Below, piece by piece: positions 13,200 through 26,114 of a stretch of 64,000 nucleotides of DNA. The translations under genes and the position numbers were made by a program. The first letter of the stretch is position 1, and each line of letters starts with the position of its first letter. Origin of the DNA: Phyllobates terribilis. Its lineage: Eukaryota. The notes below the pieces were generated by a model. The model ran no database searches, was not told the origin of the DNA, and was given only the letters and a program-made list of their open reading frames with translations. The stretch is from contig NW_027362764.1 in the NCBI RefSeq assembly GCF_046119375.1, positions 804,574,001 to 804,638,000 on the forward strand. Direction: 5' to 3'.

Positions 13200-15450
13200 C
13201 TTTGCTGCTGCTGGGGTTCAAAACCTTTTTACAATGGCTGGCGTGGATCCAAGTGTCCTTGCCTTGAAGCTTGACTGAAGTGGCAGTGGTTAACAGCACT
13301 TGGAATGGTTCACTGTATCTGGGCTCCAGTGGTCTCCTCATATGTCTCTTTACCACGACCCAGTCTCTTGGTACCAAAATGTGAGTGCCGCTGAGGCAAT
13401 TGGGGTCTGGGATGGAGGAAAGAACACGATTATGAGTAACAGTCAAATGTTTATGCAACTCCAGAACATATTCAGTGAGAGAACCATAGGAGGCTGCAGC
13501 TGCTGTGGGAAATACAACCCTGTCTTAGGGACACTACCAAACAGTATTTCATATGGGGACAGCTTCTCCCTCCCCCTTGGGGTGGTCCTCACTGAATACA
13601 ATGCTATGGGCAAACAATCTACCCAGGACAAGTGTGTTTCTTCCATGCACTTTTGAATTTTTAGCTTCAAGGTACCATTGAGGTGTTCCACCTTCCCACT
13701 ACTTTGTGGATGATAGGGAACATGGAAAGCCTGTTCTATCCCAAGAGTGACCATGATTTGTTTCATTAGTTCCCCAGTAAAGTGAGTTCCTCTGTCACTT
13801 TCTATAGTTTCGGGCACCCCATATCTACAAACCACCTCACTGAGCAATTTTTTTAGCAGTAGTTTTTGTGTTTGCTTTAGTCACCGCCCAAGCTTCTGGC
13901 CACCCAGAGAAAAGGTCAATGCTTACCAGGACGTATTCATAATTACCCACCTTAGGTAGCTGTATGTTGTCCATCTGCAGTCTCTGAAATGGGTAATCTG
14001 GTTTTGGTGTGCATTTTCGTGGGACTCGAATAGGCCTACCAGGGTTATGTTTTGCACAAACTAGACATTCTTGAACATACTTTGCAGCCGTATTCGGAAA
14101 CCCTGGGGCACACCAATTTTGTAGCACCACTGCACACATAACACCCTTTGAGTTATGCACCGGAGAATGTGCAAGGGCAGCCATCATGGGGAACAGGCAG
14201 CGTGGAAGGCAAATACGCTTGTTTACCTGCCATACCCCTGACACTGACTGTACAGCGCCCGCTTTGACCCATGCATTCTGCTCGTGAGGGGGAGCCTGGG
14301 TCTGGAAGACCTGCAGTAGCTCGAGGTCCACGGCCACTGGGACCGGTGCAGAGGATGTCTCCTTATTTGAAAGGGGGCTTCCTGCACTCCCTGACTCTGA
14401 GTCTCATGGGGTTCCCGCACTTGCGATAGCCAGTATCTTTGTCAGAGGTAATCATGCTGCTTCCTTAGCCGCCAGGTCGGCCAAAGCATTCCCTAATGCA
14501 AGGGGAGTTTGTTCCCGAGTGTGTGCTGACACTTTGACTATGGCTGCCCTTCGGGGAAGGGTGAGTGCTGTGAGAAGCTGCTCTACCGCTTGTGCACTCC
14601 TTATATGTTTGCCAGCAGAGGTCAAGAAATTAAGGCTTCGCCAAATGGCACCAAAGTCATGTGCAACACCATAAGCATATTGCGAGTCAGAAAATACATT
14701 AATTTCTTTACCTTTTCCCAGATTACACGCTGCAGCGAGTGCTTTAAGCTCTGCTTCTTCCGCAGAGCAGCTGGAGGGGAGTGGTTCTTGTATCACTGCC
14801 TTACCATTGTGGACTACTGCATACCCGGTGATGAATCGTCCTTGTTCACTGTCCCAAGCTCTGGAACCATCTACAAAATACTAAGCAGAGGGGTTAGTGA
14901 GTGGCACATCAGTAATATTTGCCAAGCCCTTTATTTCCATCAATGCCTGACAATCATGTTCATGTGCCATATCAAACTGAGCTTCCTCATCTGCTAATTT
15001 GAAAAACAGGGGCAAATCTTGGCTCATGGTCTCTCCCTCTTCCACATCCTGATACTTTCCTCCCTTTTCTAAATCCACTGGAAGTAGTGTAGCTGGATTT
15101 AGAACATTACAGCGTTTGATAGTTATATGGGGAGGTGTAAGGAGTGAGACTTCATATTTTGTCAACCTTGATGCTGAGAGGTGGCGGGTCTGAGCCTGTT
15201 GAAGTATTTCAGATGCACCATGAGGAACTTGAAGTGTGAGAGGGCTTCCTAACACTATGTCCTCTGTCTTTTTAACAAGTTCTGAAGCAGCTGCCACAGC
15301 TCTAACACAAGTAGGAGAACCCATAATGACTGGATCAAGGGTTACAGAGTAATACCCTAGAGGGCACTGCCTACCACCATGTTCTTGGGTAAGGACACCA
15401 GACGCATGTCCAGCCTGTTCGTGGCAGTACAAAGTAAAAAACTTGTCATA
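13135..15450 (-). pseudogene. pol: ERV pol remnant: RT connection, RNase H, integrase
   Basis: YCHEQAGHASGVLTQ; EEAELKAL...FSDSQYAYG; HSPVH..CLVC; ESDRGTHF...HPQSSGKVEHLN; several frameshifts. Confidence 0.88.
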
Positions 15451-16229
15451 AGTAAGGGTTCACTGCCTTTCTGCAGAATGAAAGAAACTAGATCATCCCA
15501 TGTGGCCCGATATGCCTCAAGAACACCCTGGAGGTGCATTCTGAATATTAAGGGGGTTTTTCGGGGATCTGGGAGCTGTGTAGCGAGGGCAATAAGTTCA
15601 CTGGGGGACCAAGGCCGATATGTTTCTATTGGCCATACTTGGGGGGGATCGTGTACTGTAACATTATCAACCATCCTAGGAGGTTGAAACTGTACATGAC
15701 TAGTGGTCCTCATAGGGAACAGAGGCACCCTGGGTGTTGTCCCTGGGTGTGAAGATCCACAGGACCTACAACAATTAACCCCAGAGGAATTCTGATGACC
15801 ACAATGTCTGGAAGTCCATCCCATTGACCCAACATAAGGCGGTGGTGCTGAAGGGGATGCAGAATTTACATCAGGTACAGAGACTACAGGGGTCTGAGAG
15901 TTTTTCAAACTATCATAGTTTACATAGACAGTTCCATGCCTGGTTTCCTCTGATTTATGTTCACTCATTGAGAGACGTTTTGCTACTTCTAACCACATCC
16001 TAGCCTGTTCTAGTTTGTTTTTATCTTTCAACCATCCTTCCCAATTGCAGATATATTTCTCCCATTCCTTCTCTTCCAAATTCCCCCACTTTCCCGTACC
16101 AAATTTCCTCAATACTATTTCACATCCTTCTACCGCTTCTTTTCCTTTTAGTCTCTCCGCTATCTCACATGCTGGAACTGGGGCCTCGCCCTTTAGGTTA
16201 GTCAATTCCTTACTGTTGCCAGTCCCCAT
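15450..16229 (-). pseudogene. gag: ERV gag (MA, late domain, start of CA), truncated
   Basis: MGTGNS myristoylation start; PSAPPPY late domain; YRPWSPSEL...YRATWDDL p30-like CA start; fused out of frame to the pol connection domain. Left boundary approximate. Confidence 0.82.
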
Positions 16230-17462
16230 GACTGCAACCACTGTGCCAGAGTTACCGCAGAGTTACCGCAGAACTCTCTTCAGCACACCTAGAGCCTCTC
16301 AGACTCTAAATTTGATCCCGTCCCAGTCTCCTCTGATCCTCGAAAGACGGATCTGATCCTGTCCCAGTCTCCCCTGAGCCTCGGAAGACAGATCTTTAAG
16401 GAAGTACTAACACAGATTTTCCAGCCCTGTGAGCTAGGGAGATTCTTACACACAACCAAACAAATAACAATACCAAGCCTACTGCTCCACCTACTATTGC
16501 AATTATTTCTGCATGATCATATAACATTTCCCAGTTCAGAGGTTTTCCTTCTACACCTTGTAAAGGCACTACGTGACAACTATATCTGCAATAAGAGTTA
16601 CCTTTTATACTATATGTTTCCCAGTCTGGGTATACAGGCTAAGCAAGAACTTCAGCTACTATGATTTTCCCTCTCTTGAGATTACACAAAACAGAACACA
16701 GACACTGAGGACGATTCTGATTCATCAAAAATGACTTAACAATACGTCAATCATTCAATCCACACTGCACAATCGCTGATATTAATCCCCCTGCTGTATT
16801 CGGGCTAAAAACTGCATTCAGTTACCCCTTTCTTGAGGGTGCCCTTATCAATTTACAGGGGAATTCAATACCCTCAGAGTACTACCTTACAATGAAGGAT
16901 TCCTCTGTTATAGGCAATCACACTTCCCTGATCCTCTTACGGACCGATTTTCCTCTCCACCACATGTGAAGGAACACACCTAACGGGATCCCTTATCAAG
17001 CAGAGACCGTAGTCCCTTATTGGTCAATCAAAAATCATTCAGTCCCACATTCAAGGATCCTCATAGTTTACAATATCATACCAGACATTTATGACGTAGA
17101 CAAAACAAACAACATAAAACAATCCCCTGACTCCTGAAATATACAGAAGAACTGCGGAGGTGCCTAATCCCAACATGCTGGGCAAGGTTGGTTACTCGTC
17201 ACTTCATTCAATTATCATTCAACCGTCATTCAATGGTCAATTATACATCTAAAAACCACATTGAAACATATAAGACAACAAAATCAGTCACAGGCAAGGG
17301 TTCAAAAATGATTGGCTTGTTAGGACCACCAATTACCCGTCCTGGAGCCCTCTAGGTAGTACTGAATTAGTAGTAATACAAGGGATTACTTACCGCGGAT
17401 TTCATTCAGTAATTCCCAGAGAGATCCTTGTTGATGGGTCCAGAGGAGGTCCGGTTATGACA

Positions 17463-17482
17463 ATCCCAGGTTTCAGGTACCA
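17463..17482 (-). promoter_or_regulatory. ERV primer-binding site, tRNA-Phe-like (imperfect)
   Basis: TGGTACCTGAAACCTGGGAT 5 nt inside the 5' LTR; resembles TGGTGCCGAAACCCGGGAT (tRNA-Phe 3' end recalled from memory). Confidence 0.55.
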
Positions 17483-17487
17483 TGTAC

Positions 17488-17930
17488 TGTTATGGAGACC
17501 CTCTTTGGTTTAAGGAGAACTTTGGTTTAGACAGCAAAGGGTCTTCACATTGCCAGCGAGATTCAAATTAAGGTACTTCATCGATGAAGGGAGAGAGACA
17601 GAATACATGTGACATATATTGTCAGCAAGTAGAGTCTTCTGGTATGGCAACCTAGACTCACCAATTTATTAGCTAGACAAAAAAGCGGAACTTCGTTTTT
17701 TACATACAACTGAACAGACAACCAAAATAGCTTATCAGCAACAAACACATTTCCCTTGGCCCAACGTAAAAACCTTCTCAGAGACTTTCACAGGAAGCCA
17801 GTATCTTCAGACATACATTTCACAATGTATGTCTTAAACACTCAAGCAGAGGCCTCATGGAATAGATAGATTAAATAAATTGATTTTCTAATTTAATAAT
17901 GATTTCTGAATATTAAAATTAACCATAACA
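17488..17930 (-). repeat. ERV 5' LTR
   Basis: TGTTATGG...CCATAACA 8-bp terminal inverted repeat; homologous to 11180-11606. Confidence 0.9.
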
Positions 17931-18565
17931 ATGTTAACAGGTACGCGGATGCAACAGCTCAGGCAATGAGGAGACAGTGGTACAGAACAACTATTTATTT
18001 GGCTAGCACAAATATCTATATATATGTAGCCATGGTGTCAAGGAGAATAATGACAGTATAGTAAATTATGGCACAAGCCAAACACGGTAATGCAACTAAA
18101 CAGGATATCTACACAATGTTATATAGGTATATATACTGTCCTCTATATTTACAGTTAAGGGACTATTATCAGTCCCCAGTCCTAATTCCCCAACCTAACA
18201 GGCATCACTCTCACTACCGGGCCCGCCATTGATGTCTTTTCTCTAGGTGGCTCAAGACTTCACACAGGCCGTAATTTCGGCTATAAGCCAACTCCCCTGC
18301 ATCGCACGTCCGTTCTGCTACAGGTCCAGGCTCCGACTCCTCCCGTTCTTTTCCTTCCCGGGCTTTCTAAAATTATTAACTACTCCAAAGCTGTCTCGGT
18401 GTCTCCTCCAATCTCTTCCCCAAGGAATCATGTACTTCACTCTTGGGTTCTTACTATTGTCATTCTCTCCTCTTTCTCTATTCTTATCATCTTTGGTCAG
18501 CAGATGGCGATGTTTGCTTGCAGACACACGGCTTAGACTCTATGCCAGTCATTGCACTAGCTGCC

Positions 18566-19204
18566 CATGAATTACAGGATCCAGTTTAAATTGGATGCGG
18601 CACCCCCCTACATCTCTTCCCTCATCTCTGTTTATCGGCCTACCCGTTTTCTACGCTCCTCAAGCGACTTTCGACTAACATCTGCACTAATCCGTACCTC
18701 CCACTCCCGGTTCCAAGACTTCTCCCAAGCTGCACCTATTCTTTGGAATGCTCTAGCCCAAGAAATTAGGACGAACCACAACTTACACAGTTTTAGACGC
18801 CCCCTAAAACACACCTGTTTAGGACGGCCTATCACGTTCCCTAATCAAAGTCCTTTTTATATTTTTAAAGCCCATTCATTATTTCTCCAAACATAAGTTT
18901 ACACCAAACTCCACCGAACCCAAAAGCATTACAGATACTGGCTGGTGATGATTTCATGCAGCCTTTATGTATCCTCAACCCCTCAAAATAGCTGGACCAT
19001 CACTGTAAATAAGCCCCTATACTTTGTGTCACCCCCACCTTATTGTAGATTGTAAGCTCTTACGAGCAGGGGCATCATTGTTTTTGCTTTAATTATTGTA
19101 TTATCTTTAACTATGTTACTTATGACTGTTGTATATGAATCTCTCAATTGTAAAGCGCTGCAGAATATGTTGACGCTATATAAATAAAGATTATTATTAT
19201 TATT
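18566..19204 (+). mobile_element. L2/CR1-superfamily LINE 3' fragment
   Basis: RIQFKL..APPYISSLI..Y.P.R.LRSS...SHSRFQDFSQAAPILWNAL ORF2 end; 3' tail AATAAA + (TAT)n. Confidence 0.85.
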
Positions 19205-21609
19205 AGACACTATTTTGTTTGGCTCTTCACTCCTACATCCCCTTACATATATACTGGGCTTCGCACTGACTGAGCACCGTATGTACCATGTGTAATGGGC
19301 TAGGAGGCTGCAGGGATGCTCATGTCCTGTTTGCCAGTAGCAGAATAAAGTGTCAGCACCAGACTTGCTAACTGTTTGATATTTTTTCTGGAGAGTTTTT
19401 CAAAAAATCACAATAAGCAGCAATTTTTTACTGCCATATTAGGTGATTATAATAAATTCTTAGGATTATAAGAAATACCCGTCTACAGACCTTAAATCTT
19501 ATATGAAGACATCAGTTGCCCTCACTGTTGTAGCGCCAGCGTCCCTGCACGTTGTTCCTCTTCCACGGCATTGACGTCAGTTCACTCACTATCGCGGCCC
19601 CTTACCCGCACTTACTCCTTCTTCTGGATCGGCGAGCGCTCGGGGTGTGTGCACAGCGTGCAGATCTCCGGGCACTGTGGTTAGGGGGCGTGCGCTCCCC
19701 GTCTCTTAAAGGGGCCGCACACACCGTCCTAGTGTCCCCAGCCCCAGCTCCTGCATAGAGGTGCCTGAGCAATGTTGTATGTCTGTCACTAACACGCTTG
19801 CCTTTTCTCAGGTCACAGTGCTAGTATCCAGAAAGCCTGCCTGTTTATCAGCCTTGCCCGCCTGCCTATCAGCCGTGCCCGCCTGCCTGTTTATCAGCCG
19901 TGCCCGCCTGCCTGTCTATCAGCCGTGCCCGCCTGTGCTTGCCAAGTCAACCATTCCTGGTCGTTGTTGCCTCCTGTCACTTGGGGGTCAGCTGCCATTC
20001 ACCCAAGGTCGGTCCTGGTGTAGCACCTGGTCCCGCCTTTCTCGCCCCTCCTCGGATCACGGTATCGTCAGCCGCCGTGAATGAGAAGTCGGACATGGTG
20101 AGGCACCTGGTCACGCCCTTCTAAGCTCTCCTTGGTTTACAGCAAAGTGGTTCCACCATCCACCCTGTTACAGTTTGCTCAGGCCATGGAATCCACTGGC
20201 TTTCAGGCTTCCTCCATCTCTGACCTATACCAGGAGGTCTCCCACCAGAAAACCCAACAAGACACAATACTGTCCTACCTGCGGACTGTTAACACCCGCC
20301 TGGTCGCACTGACAACTCTGGCTGCATCCGCATCAACCTAAGCTGCAACAACTACGGATGTGCCTCAGCAGTCTGCTATTTATGTACTAGGCTTTGGACC
20401 CTGTCTGTCTGCCCCTCCACGCTATGGTGGGGACCCTGCTCTATGTTGAGGGTTCATTAACCAGTGCATATTAGACTTGGCGCTCTTGGCCCATCAGTTT
20501 GTTTCCGATAGGGCCAAAGTGGCCTTCATTATGTCCCATTTCACCGGCGAAGCTCTAGCATGGCTTAATCCCCTATGGGAGCAAGGGGATCCCCTGATGT
20601 CAAACCTCCAGACCTGCTTAGAGCCCTTCCACAAGGTCTTCTATCAGGCCGCACTTTTTTTCCAGCATTGTCTCTGCTCAGGCTACGCTACGGTAACCTC
20701 ACAGTGGGCCAGTATACAGTTCGTTTTCATACCCTGTTGTCTGAACTCCCTTGGAATAATGAGGCTCTGGTGGCTACCTACTGACAGAGCCTCTCCGGGC
20801 GAATCAAGGACGAGCTGGCCGGTCGGCAAATACCCACCTCGTTGGATGACCTGGTGTCCCTGAGAGCCCAAATAGACATCAGGTTGCAGTAGCAAGCCAA
20901 TGAAGCGACCCACAAAAGAAGATCTGGGCACCTAGCCCCCACCTTCTAAAAGCCGATCACCCAGCAAGCCCCTGCTACAGCACCTCTCCTAGAGTCTATG
21001 CAGATTAACCAGGTGAAGTTGATTAAGGGTCATCAGGAGGTTTGTCGTGCAGAAGGAACATGCTTCTATTGTGGCAGTCCCGAGCACCTAATCCGATCCT
21101 GCCTGAAGAAATTGGAAAACTCCAGTGCCTAGAGTCTGTTGGAGAGGCTACCTTGGGTAAGAATCATTTTTCTCCATTACTGACTCGCTGTTGTTGACAG
21201 GCCGTTGTTGAGCAGTATAAAATCCCGATCCAACGTCGGCAGGATCCGTTGGTGGTTTCATCGGTGGATGGAAAGCCTCTTTATGAGACCATCCAGTTAG
21301 AGTGTAGCATCCCTACTTGCACGGGCTCTGAGAAGATACCTCTCTACGTGCTGTCAGGTCTGTCTCACCCCCTGCTATTGGGTTTGCCATTGCTGCAGAG
21401 ACACAAGCTTGTCTTGGACTGGAGATCTGGAGAAGTAATCCGTTGGGAATAGGAATACCGCATAACCTGCCTGGTTCCCATTCGTCCTGCTCGACCCCCG
21501 GTCTCTCCATCTAAGTTACTTAGTTTGCCGGCACCATATTGGACATACGCTGACATCTTTGACAAGTGGGAGGCTGTGACACTACCACTTCATAGGCCGT
21601 ATGACTGTC

Positions 21610-22426
21610 AGCTCACAGAAAAGGACAAGAATTTAAAACAAAAACATCACAGAAAAAAAACAGCCTTACCAACACCAGGTCAGATTACCAGAGCACAAGC
21701 AGGACGCGGCAGACCCTCATGATAAAGGCGGGGGCAGCACAGATGAGAAATACTGATGGGACAGCCACCCCCTCCATGAATTGGCAGATATGTGAGTGGC
21801 AGTGTAGTATTAGAAATGCACACAACTGCAGCTTGTATAGGACGCCAGTCACAGATATAGGTGTGGTGCACAGTGTCTGGCTTACAGCCTATTAATGACG
21901 CCCGTAATTTAAATTGAGCAGGCTGTCCGGCACTATATACGTGCACCACACAGGACAGATGCCCCAATTCACCCACCCAACAATAAAGGGCCTGGCCGCA
22001 TCCTGCAAAAAATGGAAAATGTGCAATAAAAAGATGAAAAATAATGTATAAGATAAATACATTACATGAGGTATTGGTAGATATTTTGGCCAAAAAAACG
22101 CAAGCTTGCAACCCACGTCAAGGGTCCTCTTACTTGTGAGTCCCTACACTAAAATTAAAAACAGTTCACAGAAAAGGACAAGAATTAAAAAAAAAAAAAT
22201 CACAGAAAAAAACAGACTTATCAACACCAGGTCAGATATATACAAGCCGCAGTTGTATGCATTTCTAATACTACACAGCCACTCACATATCTGCCAATTC
22301 ATGGAGCAGGTGGCTGTCGCATCAGTATTTCGCACCTGTGCTGCCCCCGCTGTTATCATGGGGGTCTGCTGCGTCCTGCTTGTGCTTTGGTAATCTGGTG
22401 TTGGTAAGGCTGCTTTTTTCCGTGAT
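21610..22426. mobile_element. Non-autonomous inverted-repeat element (possibly EnSpm/CACTA-like MITE)
   Basis: ~190-bp imperfect TIRs (21646-21839 / 22237-22426), termini CACAG/CACGG + A-run; inserted in the Gypsy LHRPYDCPI codons, flanked by duplicated GCCGTATGACTGTC. Confidence 0.65.
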
Positions 22427-22986
22427 GCCGTATGACTGTCCTATCAATCTCCTTCCAGGCACATCCCCTCCACGAGGTTGATTCTACCCCCGTCACAGGC
22501 TGAGACCCGAGCCATGTCCGAATATATCAGAGAATCTTGCTAGGTGATTTATCCAGAAATCTCCCCAGCTGGAGCAGGATTCTTCTTTGTAAAAAAGAAG
22601 GATGATTCACTTCGACCCTGCATTGACTATAGTGGACTAAATCAAATAAAGATAGAAAATAAATATCTTCTGCCTCTCATCTTCATGCTGTTCGATCGCT
22701 TTAAAAGGGTCCAGAGTCTTCACGAAACTCAACCTTCGGGGGGGGGGGGGGATTCACCAGGCCTTTAATACCTGTGATGGCCACTACGAGTATTGTGTTA
22801 TGCCGTTTGGACTCTAACGCACCTGCAGTCTTTCAAAAACTGGTGAACGACATATTCCGCGATCTTCTCTACACGTTTGTAGTAGTGTACTTGGACAATA
22901 TCTTGGTGTTCTCCCCCGATCTGCCTTCACACCAAAGAGATGTTCGCCAGGTTCTACAGAGGCGAAGGAAGAACCATCTGTCCAGC

Positions 22987-24005
22987 TGTGGCACCCACTA
23001 TTACAGGTACCACAGGACCCAAAAGGGTGCATGGACGGACTTCTCCACAAGAGGCCTTCATTACATAACAGACACCTCCACCCTTCCACCTCATACCACC
23101 AGAGGGAGCCTGTTAGGGATATATATACTGGAGGGTGGAGTTAGGCAGTCAGTGTGTGTGTGTGTTGGCACAGAGATCAGTGAAGAAGCAGCATGTGAGC
23201 TGCTATGCTGAGGGCCAGCCAGGGCCTTCAGCACATTCTGAAGCCCTGGGGGCCTAGAGCAGGGCCGGAGGCAAGGAGAAGAGTGAGAGGAGCTATGGGG
23301 GCAGAGAAGCATCTTAGGCTCACCCCAGAACACAAGCCAGACATCGGGTCCGCGCCTACAGGGTCCTCTACACCCAGTAGGAACAACCGGTATACCAGGG
23401 GGATTCTAAACCCCTGGTCAACCTGAAGCTACAATTATCTAAAGAACTAGGAAACACGAAGGTCCCAGTGTCCAGGGATAGTGGTAGCCAGAAGTAAGTT
23501 CTTACCACCAAACATACAGGTTCAGAGAGTGAAAGAGTACAGAAGCTAGGCCAAGTTCCAGGCTGGTCAGAAGCTTCAGATTGAGAGGAAGAAACGGATC
23601 AGGAGGCCTTATACCCGCTCTCTGGGGAGAGTCCAGAAGTGCACCCTTCCTATTAAGTACCCTGGACCGAACCTGCCGTCTACACCAGTAAAGGTACTGA
23701 AGCGAATCCCCTGTGTGTGTGTCCGTCATTCCCCTTGACCCGACTGGACCATCTCTCACCTGCATCCCTTCCATCAACCCTGCCCCAGGGGCCCGCTCCG
23801 CCTGTGGGGAGCAGAAACATCCCAGCTGCAGCAACGCTGGTACCCATTACCAGAAGCCACAGGTGGCGTCACGAGACAAACTGTTAATAAAAACCCCTTT
23901 TTAAGAGTGACCCCAGAGTACGGGCCCGGGAGCCGACTGCCGTGACATCTTAAACAAGGTAAAAGGCTCGGGTACCGAGTCCCCTATATCCCCCTGGGCG
24001 AGACA
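22987..24005. mobile_element. Solo LTR (~1.0 kb) of a Gypsy family related to the 34061-48393 element
   Basis: TGTGGCACCC...GGGCGAGACA; 4-bp flanks CAGC/CGGC; host RT reads through the site (HL.GKYKKCL). Confidence 0.75.
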
Positions 24006-24257
24006 CGGCAAATATAAAAAGTGCCTTTGCATCTTTAAAGCAGGCTTTCTCCTCTGCTCCTGTGCTGCATGATCCAGACATTAATAAGCAGAACTATCTG
24101 GAGGTGGACGCTTCTTCCTCAGGGGCAGGAGCCATTCTTAACCAGAAGATCTCATACAGCCGCAAGGTGACTTGCAGTTTCTTTTCTAAGATCCTCTGTG
24201 CTCCAGAATGCAATTACACAACTGGCGATTGGGAACTGCTTGCAATAAACCTGGCAC

Positions 24258-26114
24258 AACAGATAGCTGGCAGGCGCTTCCTGGTAATGCTGGCTGGTGA
24301 GCACGGCAGGTAACAGGCAGGTGCTTCCACGTAATACAGGCTGGTGAGCACGGCAGGTAACGGGCAGGTGCTTCCAGGTAATGCAGGCTGGTGAGCACGG
24401 CAGGTAACAGGCGGGTGCTTACAGGTAATGCAGGCTGGTGAGCACGGCAGGTAACAGGCGGGTGCTTCCTGGTAATGCAGCCTGGCACGGCAGGTAACAG
24501 GCGGGTGGTTACAGGTAATGCAGGCTGGCACAGCAGGTAACAGGCGGGTGCTTCCAGGTAAGCAGGCGGGCAGAGCCCATAGTCAGACTGGCGGACAGGA
24601 CTGTAGACAGACTGTCGGGCTGGAGAGTAGTCAGGCTGGCGGACTGGACTGAAGATTAGACTGGCGGACAGGATTGACTTGCAGAGGACCTAAGGGCTGA
24701 AGCAAAGAAAGTATCAAAAAGCAACAACCTTGCACGGGCACCTCCATATTGGAGGAGGTGCTTTCTATAGTGAAAGTCCTCCGGTCATTGACCGGGGACT
24801 TTTTAGGACGGCACGTGCGGCCCCTTTAAGAGGGAGGGAGCACGCACCCTAACCACAGAGCCTGGGAAGCTGTGTGCACCAGCAGCAGCTGCAGGGAGGC
24901 CGGAAGATGCCAGAGCAGGACCGCTGCGCTAAGGGGGACGGCATCTCAGCCTGGCAGGGGGCAGAGATGCCGATGCTACAGTACCCCTCCCTTTACACCC
25001 CCTCTTTTTCAAGCCAGCAAGAAATTCTTTAAGGAGAAGAGGGGCATGGATGTTCTCCCTGGGTTCCCAAGACCTCTCCTCCGGGCCAAAATGTTCTCTA
25101 CCTCATAGACGTCCTCAGCGGAGACTGGAGCTGGGGAGGTACCTGGATCGTCAGAAAAAGAATTAAGAACAACTGGTTTGAGGAGAGATACGTGGAAGGA
25201 GTTGGGAATCCGTAAGGTGGCCGGGAGTTTGAGCTTGTAAGCCACGCGATTGAATTGCTTGAGAACCTCAAACGGGCCGATGAACCGCGGACCCAACTTA
25301 TACGATGGTATTTTGAGCCGAACGTGTTTGGAGGAGAGCCAGACCCTGTCTCCCGGACGGAATTGAGGTGGATCCAGACGTCTCTTATCAGCATGTCTCT
25401 TCATCCGCTCAGAGGATTGAAGAAGTGCGGATCTAGTGTCTTCCCAAATAGTAGAAAATTCGCTGACCAGAGACTCCGCGGCAGGATTGTCCACAGAAGC
25501 GGAGACGGGAAAAGGAATCCGGGGTGTTGTCCGTAGACCACAAAGAACGGGGATTTGGAAGAAGACTCACTCTCATGGTTGTTATAGGAGAACTCTGCCC
25601 ATGGTAGGAGCTCAACCCAGTGGTTATGGTGAGTGTTGACGAAATGCTGGAGAAAGCTGGTAAGGACCTGGTTGATACGTTCCACTTGACCATTGGACTG
25701 AGGATGATAAGCAGAGGAGAAATCCAAGGAGACATCCAGCAGCTTACACGTAGCTCTCCAGAAGCACGCAGTGAACTGGACCCCTCGATCAGACACAATG
25801 TGGAGGGGTGGGCCGTGGAGATGAAAGATGTGATGGATGAAGTCCTTAGCCAGCACAGATCCGGACGGGAGACCAGGCAGAGGGATGAAGTGGGCCATTT
25901 TAGAAAAGCGGTCAGCGACCAACCAAATGACTGTACAACCGGCAGAAACAGGAAGATCAGTAATAAAGTCCATAGCAATGTGTGGCCACGGAGCGGAAGG
26001 TACGGGAAGAGGCAGGAGACGGCCGGCTGGAAGACGTCTGGGAACTTTGTTACGGGCACAGGAGGAACAAGCCGTGACTAAATTCGCAACGTCCTTGCGT
26101 AGAGAAGGCCACCA
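24258..26114 (-). mobile_element. Gypsy (chromovirus-type) 3' remnant: integrase, start of chromodomain, PPT, partial 3' LTR
   Basis: WWPSLRKDV..C..CARNK, MDFITDLP, SDRGVQF, HPQSNGQVER, GPF, VYEVENIL; PPT 24981-25004; LTR starts TGTAGCATC at 24980. Confidence 0.85.
24272..24565. repeat. 47-bp VNTR inside the LTR
   Basis: GCAGGTGCTTCCAGGTAATGCAGGCTGGTGAGCACGGCAGGTAACAG, about 6 units. Confidence 0.85.

Larger units (their letters stand above)
11180..17930 (-). mobile_element. Endogenous retrovirus, class I (gamma/epsilon-like), defective: gag C-terminus, protease and RT core deleted
   Basis: Two related LTRs, PBS, PPT; gag-pol-env order; gamma-type env motifs. Confidence 0.93.
19529..24257 (+). 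mobile_element. Degenerate Ty3/Gypsy (Tf1/sushi-like) element: 5' LTR, gag, CCHC, PR, partial RT/RNase H
   Basis: LTR TGTAGCG...TGTTACA (19529-20172); PEG10/RTL-like gag (AKVAFIMSHFTGEALAWL); CFYCGSPEHLIRSC at 21061; [20 protein letters not shown] and YLDNIL; RH LEVDASSSGAGAIL; interrupted by two insertions. Confidence 0.85.

Noticed and set aside
17932-18565. Possible additional LTR fragment starting TGTTAACAGG
   Set aside because: No second copy, end motif, PBS or PPT visible, so it is not listed as a feature.
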